DNA of 64,000 nucleotides from an uncultured Alphaproteobacteria bacterium (GTDB lineage Bacteria; Pseudomonadota; Alphaproteobacteria; Rs-D84; CACZYB01): NCBI GenBank assembly GCA_944390685.1, contig CALXQL010000016.1, positions 17,408 to 81,407 of the forward strand, read 5' to 3'. Shown piece by piece: positions 10,511 to 18,260 of this stretch (position 1 is its first letter; each line of letters starts with the position of its first letter). The notes under the pieces were generated by a model. It saw only the letters and a program-made list of their open reading frames with translations, ran no database searches and was not told where the DNA came from. The position numbers and the translations under genes were made by a program.

Positions 10511-11732
10511 TTATATTGTTTTAGGTGCTGGTATAACAGGTCTCACACTTCTTACAAAACTTAAAGAAAAAGGGTATGAAAATATCTTAGGATTAGAGAT
10601 GGAAAAGGAAGCTGGTGGATTGTGTCGTACATTTTATGTAGATGGACATGTTTGTGATATAGGAGGGCATTTCTTTCAAACAAAATATAAGGAAGTTGAA
10701 GATTTTATTTTTTCATATTTCCCAAAAGAAAAATTTTATCAAATTAATCCTAGAATTTCAAAAATTAGTTTGAAAGGTATAGATATTGATTATCCATTAG
10801 AAGCAAATATATGGCAATTACCAGTTAAAGAACAAATTGATTTTCTTATTTCAATAGTTAGAAATGGGGAAGCTTTAGGTAAACCAGAACCAAAAAATTA
10901 TGAAGAATGGATACGTTGGAAATTAGGTGATAAAATATGTGATGAATATCTTATACCTTATAATAATAAATTATGGGGTGTTAAATCTTCTGATATGGAT
11001 ATAGATTGGTTGCATAAAATACCTAGAATCGAGGTTGAGGAAATTTTAAAAAATTCACTTGAAAAAACTCAAGATGTTGAAAAATATCCTGCTCATATTC
11101 GTCCTTATTATCCTTTGTCTGGAGGTTATGGACGTGTTATTGAAGCGATTGCTAAAGATATAAATAAATATATACAATTTAATACAAGTATAAATAAAGT
11201 TGTATATGATGAAAATGATAAAACTTGGATTGTAAATGATGAATTCTGTGCTAAAAATATTGTTACTACTATTCCTTGGCCAGATTTATTTAAAGCTATG
11301 GGTGAGCCTATAGAAATTAAAGCTTATATGGATAAAATTAAATATAATAAATTGGTTATATCTCTTTTTGAAACAGATGTTAATCCTACACCTTATCATT
11401 GGAGATATCGTCCAGAGTTGACTCAACAACACCATAGAGAATTTTTTATATCAAATTTTGTAAAAGATAGTAAAAAATATGGTACTTTTACAGAAACTAA
11501 TGCAGATAGATTTGATGAAAAAAATTTAACTTTTAAAGGGAAAAATTTGTTTAATTATACAACACATGCAGCATATCCATTACCTTTAATTGGTAAAACA
11601 GATGCAATTACTAATATTCTAAATCATTTTAAATCTAAAAAGCTTTTTGGTGTGGGACGTTGGGGAGAGCATCAACATCATAATCATGATGTTTGTATTA
11701 AAAATGCAATAGATTTTGTTAATAATATTTAA
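10500..11732 (+). CDS. FAD/NAD(P)-binding oxidoreductase (amine-oxidase / UDP-galactopyranose-mutase-like fold)
   Basis: N-terminal DYIVLGAGITGL...LEMEKEAGG dinucleotide-binding motif; 410 aa. Last gene of the sugar cluster. Confidence 0.5.
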   Translation: MIYDYIVLGAGITGLTLLTKLKEKGYENILGLEMEKEAGGLCRTFYVDGHVCDIGGHFFQTKYKEVEDFIFSYFPKEKFYQINPRISKISLKGIDIDYPLEANIWQLPVKEQIDFLISIVRNGEALGKPEPKNYEEWIRWKLGDKICDEYLIPYNNKLWGVKSSDMDIDWLHKIPRIEVEEILKNSLEKTQDVEKYPAHIRPYYPLSGGYGRVIEAIAKDINKYIQFNTSINKVVYDENDKTWIVNDEFCAKNIVTTIPWPDLFKAMGEPIEIKAYMDKIKYNKLVISLFETDVNPTPYHWRYRPELTQQHHREFFISNFVKDSKKYGTFTETNADRFDEKNLTFKGKNLFNYTTHAAYPLPLIGKTDAITNILNHFKSKKLFGVGRWGEHQHHNHDVCIKNAIDFVNNI

Positions 11733-11875
11733 TTATTATTGGAATATATATTTTTTTGACTAATAGAAATATATTATATTTGTTTTCTATTAATATGTAT
11801 TAGTGGAATCTCCTATTGATGTATTAAAATATTTAAATATATAAATTTTCTTTTTATTGATGAAAATTTTATTTA

Positions 11876-11905
11876 TCCCCTTGTGTCATCGATGAAACAA
11901 GGGGA
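11876..11905. other. stem-loop (CCCCTTGT / ACAAGGGG stems around a palindromic 12-nt loop GTCATCGATGAA); possible terminator for minus-strand tRNA-Arg
   Basis: A 9-bp inverted repeat read directly from the sequence. Confidence 0.3.
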
Positions 11906-11948
11906 GGATTTATATTAATTTTTAAGTGAAATTTAATATAAGTAATTT

Positions 11949-12025
11949 TGGTGACCCCGAGACGATTCGAACGTCTGACCCACAGCTTAGAAGGCTGTTG
12001 CTCTATCCAGCTGAGCTACGAGGCC
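11949..12025 (-). tRNA. tRNA-Arg (anticodon TCT)
   Basis: The reverse complement folds as a cloverleaf: acceptor GGCCTCG, anticodon stem ACAGC/GCTGT, loop CTTCTAA, T-loop GTTCGAATC and an encoded CCA. Confidence 0.85.
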
Positions 12026-12134
12026 ATACATTGTTTTCATTTTATATCATTTTATATTTTTTGTAAAGTCTTTTTTTTATATATGTGATTTTTCTTGATT
12101 TTTTCTTTTTATCATTATATAATATCTATGTTTT

Positions 12135-12219
12135 GCGATCGTGGCGAAATTGGTAGACGCGCAGTGTTGAGGTCGCTGTGGGGTATCCCGTGGAAGTTCA
12201 AGTCTTCTCGATCGCACCA
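12135..12219 (+). tRNA. tRNA-Leu (anticodon GAG), long-variable-arm type
   Basis: Acceptor GCGATCG, anticodon stem CAGTG/CGCTG, loop TTGAGGT, long variable arm, T-loop GTTCAAGT and a CCA end. Confidence 0.85.
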
Positions 12220-12558
12220 GTTTTTTCCTAACTTTTTTTCCTTTTGAGATTGTGGAAGTTCAAGTGTCCTCGTGATAAATCGCTCGTTCGTCCCGTAAGG
12301 TTCAACTGCGGATTTCATCCTTGTTTCACCAACTATCGACTCCTTCTCGATCGCACCAGTTTTTTCCTAACTTTTTTTCCTTTTGAATTTGTGGAGGTTC
12401 AAGTGTTCTCGCGATAAATCGCTCGTTCGTCCCGTAAGGTACAACTGCGGATTACATACTTGTTACACCAACTATCGACTCCTTCTCAATCGCACCAATC
12501 TTTTCCTTACTTTTTTCCTTTTGAGATTGTGGAAGTTCAAGTGTCCTCGCGATAAATC
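12208..12558. repeat. 139-bp direct tandem repeat, about 2.5 copies (12208-12346, 12347-12485, 12486-~12558); each unit contains degenerate copies of the tRNA-Leu T-arm/acceptor 3' end (TCGATCGCACCA)
   Basis: The period of 139 bp was read directly from the sequence. The first unit begins inside the tRNA-Leu 3' end. Confidence 0.8.
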
Positions 12559-12714
12559 TTGTTTTATTTGTTTTTAATAATGGAATGTAAAAAATACTTG
12601 TAAAATCATATAAATATGTTATTATAGTTTAAAATTTATTTATGAAGTTCTTTTTAAAGGCTTCTAATTTATTGAATTTACAAAATTATTAATTAAAAGA
12701 AAGAGAGTGTTAAA

Positions 12715-12897
12715 ATGGCTGTTCCAAAAAAGAAAACTTCACAATCAAGAAGAAATATGAGAAGATCTCATGATGCTTTATCTATGAATGCTGTTAGCGT
12801 TTGTAAAAATTGTGGGGAAATTGTAAAACCTCATAATGTTTGTAAAGCTTGTGGTTCTTATAATGGTAAGCAAGTTATTGAAAATACTGCTAAATAA
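12715..12897 (+). CDS. rpmF: 50S ribosomal protein L32
   Basis: Starts MAVPKKKTSQSRRNMRRSH; 60 aa with a CxxC...CxxC zinc ribbon. Confidence 0.9.
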   Translation: MAVPKKKTSQSRRNMRRSHDALSMNAVSVCKNCGEIVKPHNVCKACGSYNGKQVIENTAK

Positions 12898-12919
12898 ATC
12901 CTTATAAAAGGAGAGTATT

Positions 12920-13951
12920 TTGGATAAAAATTATACTATTGCAATTGACACTATGGGGGGTGATAATGCCCCTTTGTGTGTGATTGCGGGACTTGATTCT
13001 ATCTATGATTATTTAGTAGAAAATCAAATAAATTTATTATTGTTTGGCAATGCCGATAAGGTGGCTCCAATTATTGCAAAGTATCCTAGATTAAATAATA
13101 TTTCTACTTTCATTCAAGCAGATGATGTTGTACAAGGTGATGATAAACCTTCTAAAATTATTAGATCTGGTCGTAATACTTCTATGTGGAAGGCAATTGA
13201 GGCTGTTAGAAATAAGCAAGCAGATGCTGTGGTTAGTGCTGGTAATACTGGTTGTATCATGGGAATCTCTCGTCTTCTTATTTCTATGATTGATGGAATT
13301 AGAAGACCTGCTATTACTACTTTACTTCCAAATGCTAAAAATTCTTATACTACTATGTTAGATTTAGGGGCAAATACTGAATGTGATGAAAATAATATTT
13401 TCCAATTCGCTATTATGGGAAGTTTATATTCTAAAATACTTTTGGGTAATGATAGACCAAAAGTTGGTATTTTAAATATTGGTTCCGAAGCAGGGAAAGG
13501 TTTTGATTATCTTTCTTTGGCCGAAGAAAAAATGCATTCTCATAAGGATAATATTTCATTTGATTATTTTGGTTTTGTTGAGGGCGATGATATCTTTAAT
13601 GGTAAAGTAGATGTCATTACAACCGATGGATTTTCTGGTAATGTGGCTCTTAAAACATTGGAAGGAACTTCTAAATTTATTACAAATGAATTAAAAACTT
13701 CATTTAAAAGTTCTTTATCTTCATTGATTGGCTATTTATTTATGAGAAAGTCAATAGGGGCTTTTAAATCCAAAATGGATCCAAGGAAATATAATGGTGC
13801 TGTATTTTTAGGACTTAATGGTATTGTCGTTAAAAGTCATGGTGGAACTGATGCTTTTGGTTTTGCAAATGCTGTGAAATATGCAGTAAGATTGGTGGTA
13901 AATGATTTTGAAACAAAAGTTCAACACGAAATTGAAAAGGTTAGGGAATAA
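12920..13951 (+). CDS. plsX: phosphate acyltransferase PlsX
   Basis: 343 aa in the conserved rpmF-plsX-fabH order; the typical PlsX block GNTG is present. Confidence 0.9.
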   Translation: MDKNYTIAIDTMGGDNAPLCVIAGLDSIYDYLVENQINLLLFGNADKVAPIIAKYPRLNNISTFIQADDVVQGDDKPSKIIRSGRNTSMWKAIEAVRNKQADAVVSAGNTGCIMGISRLLISMIDGIRRPAITTLLPNAKNSYTTMLDLGANTECDENNIFQFAIMGSLYSKILLGNDRPKVGILNIGSEAGKGFDYLSLAEEKMHSHKDNISFDYFGFVEGDDIFNGKVDVITTDGFSGNVALKTLEGTSKFITNELKTSFKSSLSSLIGYLFMRKSIGAFKSKMDPRKYNGAVFLGLNGIVVKSHGGTDAFGFANAVKYAVRLVVNDFETKVQHEIEKVRE

Positions 13952-14913
13952 TGGCTGAAATCTTTACTAAAATTATTGGAACTGGTTCTTATCTTCCAGA
14001 AAAAATTTTGACCAATGATGATTTATCAAAAATGGTTGATACTTCCGATGAATGGATTTTTCCAAGAACCGGTATTAAAGAACGTCATATTGCTCGTGAA
14101 GATGAATTGACTTCTGATTTGGCAACAAAAGCTGCTTTAAATGCTTTGGAAATGGCAAATATCAAACCAGAAGAGATTGATTTGATTATTGTGGCAACTA
14201 CTACACCAGATTTAACTTTCCCATCTACAGCTTGTCGTGTGCAAGCTAATTTGAAATGTAGTAGTGCTGTGGCTTTTGATGTTCAAGCGGTTTGTTCCGG
14301 TTTCGTGTATGCTTTATCTGTTGCCGATAAAATGATTAAGTCTTCTCAATATAAAAAAGCTATAGTTATAGGGGCTGAAACTTTATCAAAAATTGTTGAT
14401 TGGACTGATAGAACTACTTGTGTTTTATTTGGTGATGGTGCTGGGGCTGTGGTATTGGAAGGTGTAGAAGAAAAAACTGGAATACTTTCATCAATTATTA
14501 AATCAGATCCAACATATTATGACATTTTAAAAACAACTGGGGGTGTTTCTTTATCTCAAAATGCTGGTTTCATTTCTATGGAAGGTAAAGAGGTTTTCAA
14601 ATTAGCCGTTTCAAAAATGCCAGAAGTTTCAAAAGATGCTGTTGAAAAAGCGGGTATTACTCTTCATGATATTGATTGTTTTATTCCTCATCAAGCAAAT
14701 GTTAGAATCATTGATGCTGCTTTGAAATATCTTGATATTCCAGAGGAAAAGACAATTAAGACTTTACAAAATCAAGGTAATACATCGGCGGGAAGTATTC
14801 CAATCGCTCTTGATTTTGCAGTTAGAAATGGTATGCTTAAAAAATCTCAATATGCTCTTATGTCTGCAATGGGCGGTGGATTTACTTGGGGTGCGATTGT
14901 TTTTAAATTTTAA
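13951..14913 (+). CDS. fabH: 3-oxoacyl-ACP synthase III
   Basis: Active-site region AFDVQAVCSGFVYAL, and HQAN.R / GNTSA(G)S motifs. Confidence 0.9.
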   Translation: MAEIFTKIIGTGSYLPEKILTNDDLSKMVDTSDEWIFPRTGIKERHIAREDELTSDLATKAALNALEMANIKPEEIDLIIVATTTPDLTFPSTACRVQANLKCSSAVAFDVQAVCSGFVYALSVADKMIKSSQYKKAIVIGAETLSKIVDWTDRTTCVLFGDGAGAVVLEGVEEKTGILSSIIKSDPTYYDILKTTGGVSLSQNAGFISMEGKEVFKLAVSKMPEVSKDAVEKAGITLHDIDCFIPHQANVRIIDAALKYLDIPEEKTIKTLQNQGNTSAGSIPIALDFAVRNGMLKKSQYALMSAMGGGFTWGAIVFKF

Positions 14914-14932
14914 CTAATAGTGGGGTGTTATT

Positions 14933-15223
14933 ATGGAAAAGAAAAATATAAAAAAAATTGATTTAGCTATGAAGGTAAGCAAATCTACTGGTTTGAGTTT
15001 GATTGAGGCTTCTGATATAGTTGATTTATTTTTTAATGTTCTTTCAGAAGGTATCGTTGATGATGGTGAAGTTAAAATTATGGGGCTTGGTACTTTTATT
15101 GTAAAACACAAAGATCAACGTATAGGTCGTAATCCAAAAACTGGAAAAGAAGCAGTGATTGAGGCAAGAAATGTCATTTCTTTTCGTCCTGCTAAAAATT
15201 TACGAAATACTCTTAAATCTTAA
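14933..15223 (+). CDS. ihfA: integration host factor alpha / HU-family DNA-binding protein
   Basis: GLGTF...RIGRNPKTGKEAVIEARNVISFRPAKNL (beta-arm motif); lies downstream of fabH. Confidence 0.7.
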   Translation: MEKKNIKKIDLAMKVSKSTGLSLIEASDIVDLFFNVLSEGIVDDGEVKIMGLGTFIVKHKDQRIGRNPKTGKEAVIEARNVISFRPAKNLRNTLKS

Positions 15224-15245
15224 GTTTTTATAGGGGGAGGGCGTT

Positions 15246-15659
15246 ATGGTTGATGAAAAAATTTTTTATAGTATCGCAGAGGTCGCAGAAACCGTAGATC
15301 TTCCTAAATATGTTATTAGATTTTGGGAAACTGAATTTGCTGAAATAAGTCCAGATAGACGTGCAGGGCGTAGGTATTATAGGCAAGCTGATATTGATAT
15401 TATTTTAAAAGTTAAGGATTTGCTTTATAAACAAGGTTTCACTATTAAAGGAGCAAAAAAATTTTTGCATGATTCTAAAACTTCATTAAAATCAAAAGTT
15501 TATTCTGATTTCAAAATTGATGAAGAAAAGGGTGCTTTACAACCTGTGCAAGAAAGAAAAATATTAACTAAATTTAATTTTGATATTGATGATGATAAAA
15601 TGGATTTGGATAAAATAATTTCTAAATTAAATGATATTGATACAATTTTAAAAGAATAA
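15246..15659 (+). CDS. MerR-family transcriptional regulator
   Basis: N-terminal helix-turn-helix YSIAEVAETVDLPKYVIRFWE; lies after ihfA. Confidence 0.7.
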   Translation: MVDEKIFYSIAEVAETVDLPKYVIRFWETEFAEISPDRRAGRRYYRQADIDIILKVKDLLYKQGFTIKGAKKFLHDSKTSLKSKVYSDFKIDEEKGALQPVQERKILTKFNFDIDDDKMDLDKIISKLNDIDTILKE

Positions 15660-15842
15660 TGTTTAAGTTTTTATTGTCTTTGTTGATGTGTAAAAAAGAT
15701 TTTTTTTATATTAAAAAGGATTTTTATCTTTATGTGTTATCTCATTATTTTAATAATGATGAAAAAATAGATTGGATTGATAGAGTATATTTTCAGGAAA
15801 TTGATAAATTACATATTATTTTTAATGAATGGAAACAAAAAT

Positions 15843-16014
15843 AAAAAATCACTTAAAAAGTGGTCATCTTTAAAAGTGTTAGATATAAATTCTATCAAAG
15901 TATAAATATATAATATCACGATTCGTGGATTTTTGCAAGCAAGAAAATATTCTTTTTCATTATTGATAAGATATAAAAAATATGATATTATATTCCTAAA
16001 ATGGAGGGAATTTT
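15843..16014 (+). promoter_or_regulatory. conserved lipoprotein-family upstream element, copy A (palindrome CACTTAAAAAGTG followed by a TATAAT-containing promoter and 5'UTR)
   Basis: The same ~170-bp sequence recurs at 17015, 50505, 51733 (partial), 53563 (reverse, partial) and 54558 (reverse). Confidence 0.7.
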
Positions 16015-16980
16015 ATGAAGTCGAATTTATTTATGTTTATTTCTTTATTATTCGCTGTTCTTTTATCAGGTTGTTCAAGTAATGGAACTGATAGTTCTTT
16101 ATCTTTACCTGGTCAACAATTGCCAGGTGGGGGCGGTAATAATAATGCTGGTGGTAGTGGTAATGGTTTAACATTGGATACAATCCTTCCCAATAGAAAG
16201 CAACTTTATTCTATGAGAGGTGATGAAGATCAGCAAATTGTTCCTTTTTCTGATACAATTTTATTTAATAATGCTGATCCAACAGGAGATGTGATTTATG
16301 CTTTTCCAGTTGAATCCTTTATGGATCAAGAACTTTTCTTTTCTGCAAATATGGAACTTAATGAAAATGAGAGTAGTGTTGCGGATATGATTTATGTTGT
16401 TTTACCAAAAAATGTTAATCTTGATTATGCAACTTATGCTTTGTTAGGGTATAAAGAAAGGCAATCACAGGCTTTGATTAAAGATAATTTCATTGTTTAT
16501 AATAAAGATATGGTTTATACCAAACCTGTTGAATCTGAATTGACTTTTACCGGACAAGCAATGATAAATTATTCCGGTATGGCAAATGATTTAACCAGTG
16601 ATATGGGACTTACAAATTTTGATAATGTTATTTTTGGTAATGCTTCTTTGAAAATTATGGATGATAAAAGTTATGATTTAAATATGGATTTTGATGGTTT
16701 TTATTCCATAAATATTAATGCTAAACCAGGGGGAGATGATACTATAGATACAACAATTTCTTTATCAAATGAAGATAAACTTTCAGATGATTTGAAAAAT
16801 ATTATTAAAGTTCCAGCTTCAGAATATGAAATAAATGGTGATAATTCCTTTACTATTTTAGGAAAAGATAGTCCAGAAGAAGTTGTTGGTGATTTTTGGC
16901 TTCAAATGAATGCTTCAAATGAAAATTTTGAATCCAATATAAATATAACGGGTGCCTATGGAGGTAAAGTTAATAAATAA
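16015..16980 (+). CDS. surface-lipoprotein family member 1 (lipobox LLSGC)
   Basis: Signal peptide plus Cys. It shares the family's C-terminal motifs with the three paralogs (YDLNMDFDGFYSIN, KLSDDLKNI, PEEVVG, terminal YGGKVNK). Confidence 0.7.
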   Translation: MKSNLFMFISLLFAVLLSGCSSNGTDSSLSLPGQQLPGGGGNNNAGGSGNGLTLDTILPNRKQLYSMRGDEDQQIVPFSDTILFNNADPTGDVIYAFPVESFMDQELFFSANMELNENESSVADMIYVVLPKNVNLDYATYALLGYKERQSQALIKDNFIVYNKDMVYTKPVESELTFTGQAMINYSGMANDLTSDMGLTNFDNVIFGNASLKIMDDKSYDLNMDFDGFYSININAKPGGDDTIDTTISLSNEDKLSDDLKNIIKVPASEYEINGDNSFTILGKDSPEEVVGDFWLQMNASNENFESNINITGAYGGKVNK

Positions 16981-16987
16981 ATTTTAT

Positions 16988-17010
16988 CCCGCCGTTGTGC
17001 GGGAATTTTT
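16988..17010 (+). terminator. rho-independent terminator (CCCGC-CGTTGT-GCGGG followed by AATTTTT)
   Basis: Stem-loop plus T-run. An identical hairpin follows the paralog at 51706. Confidence 0.65.
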
Positions 17011-17014
17011 ATAT

Positions 17015-17214
17015 AAAAAATCACTTAAAAAGTGGTCATCTTTAAAAGTGTTAGATATAAATTCTATCAAAGTATAAATATATAATATCACGATTCGCAA
17101 AGTTTTGCAATAGGGAAAATATTCTTTTTTTCATTGTTGATAAGATATAAAAAATATGATATAATTCCTTTTGTAATGATATTGAAATAACCAAAACAAA
17201 AGGAGGAAAAATAA
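17015..17214 (+). promoter_or_regulatory. conserved lipoprotein-family upstream element, copy B
   Basis: Sequence identity with copies A, C and F through the operator palindrome and promoter region. Confidence 0.7.
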
Positions 17215-18214
17215 ATGAGAAGAACAATATCACGAATAAGTCTATTAACGATGTTATCATTATTAACAGCATGTGGTGGAGGAAATGTAGCCGAAAACTT
17301 GCCAAATCTACCGGGGGGGGGGAACGGAAATAGAACCTAAACCAGAACCAGAACCGGAAGAATTAACATTTGATAAAATATTCCCTAATAAAGATGCTCT
17401 TAGTGAGATGACTTTTGTTGATAATACTTATTTTTCTGAGAATAATAAATTTGAAATAGTAAATAACAATAATGAAGAAGAATTAAATATTTCTTTTGGT
17501 GGTGGCGAAGCTGCATTATTCTCTTTCCCTTTAAGTACTTTTTCTAAAACAGATGATTTTTATACTGCTCAATCAGAATGGATTTATAAAGAGGGTGAAT
17601 ATGGAGCAAATAATACCCTTGATTTATATGTAGTTAATGAGGATAAAAGAATTAATCTTTCTTATGGTGAATTTGGTATGATGTCTCAGCTTACTGAGTT
17701 TTTTTCACCAGATCCTGAAAGTAATCAGTCTACAAATGAACAACCTTTGCCATTTGCTTTATATAATAAAAATTATATAAAGGATATAGCTAGTGTGGAT
17801 ACAGAAATGAATTTTACAGGTAAAACTATTATTCTTCCATCACTTACAGATCGTAATACTGAGTTAACTTATAATTTAACAGGTCCAATGTTGGGAGATG
17901 TAAATCTTACTATAAATGATGGGGGAAAATATGATTTAACTATGACTTTTGATCATTTTTATACAATAAATACAGATGGAACAGGATTTACTTTATCAGA
18001 TGGTGGTAAATTATCTGATGATTTAGAAACAAAATTATCATTTGTTAAAGAAAACGATACATATGAAAATCCTGTTGATATTGATATGATATTATTAGGT
18101 GATAAAAATATAGAAGAAGTAGTTGGAACGGCATCTTTTTCTACCAGTAATAATGTAGTAGGGGAAAATAATGTTTTGAATATTTACTCTTCCTTTGGTG
18201 CGGTGCGTAAATAA
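17215..18214 (+). CDS. surface-lipoprotein family member 2, phase-variable. It is out of frame in this sequence at a G10 tract: the signal-peptide ORF from 17215 stops at 17338 and the mature domain resumes in the +1 frame (track ORF 17408..18214).
   Basis: The lipobox MRRTISRISLLTMLSLLTACGGG is followed by a G10 run at 17313-17322. Removing one G joins it in frame to the ORF 17408..18214, which carries the family motifs (YDLTMTFDHFYTIN, KLSDDLETKL, IEEVVG, FGAVRK). Confidence 0.65.
17313..17322 (+). repeat. homopolymeric G10 tract (slipped-strand phase-variation switch) inside the lipoprotein gene
   Basis: Counted directly from the sequence: ccg then 10 G then aac. Confidence 0.9.
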
Positions 18215-18230
18215 TATTATATTATTTTTT

Positions 18231-18260
18231 AAGGGAGGTTTTTTAGACCTCCCTTTTTTT
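18231..18260. terminator. bidirectional terminator (AAGGGAGGT-loop-ACCTCCCTT followed by a T-run) between the lipoprotein gene and the convergent RND pump gene
   Basis: A 9-bp perfect inverted repeat with flanking T/A runs. Confidence 0.7.

Noticed and set aside
12208-12558. Possibility that the tandem repeats are a CRISPR array
   Set aside because: The units are 139 bp, directly abutting, with no interspersed unique spacers. No cas genes are present anywhere in the window.
12115-12577. ORFs 12115..12318 (-) and 12383..12577 (+)
   Set aside because: They overlap tRNA-Leu and the 139-bp tandem repeats. Their similarity to each other comes from the DNA repeat.
15659-15844. 61-aa ORF overlapping the merR stop
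   Set aside because: There is no clear RBS or domain, so it was not listed as a feature, though a genuine small coupled ORF cannot be excluded.
17051-17305. ORF-track minus-strand ORFs at 17051..17305 and 50542..50793, and the plus-strand ORF 54436..54693, encoding near-identical 'MASF(R/Q)L(H/D)FLHHM…' peptides
   Set aside because: They lie antisense within the repeated lipoprotein upstream element and signal-peptide region. Their similarity reflects the repeated DNA, not protein selection, and there is no RBS.
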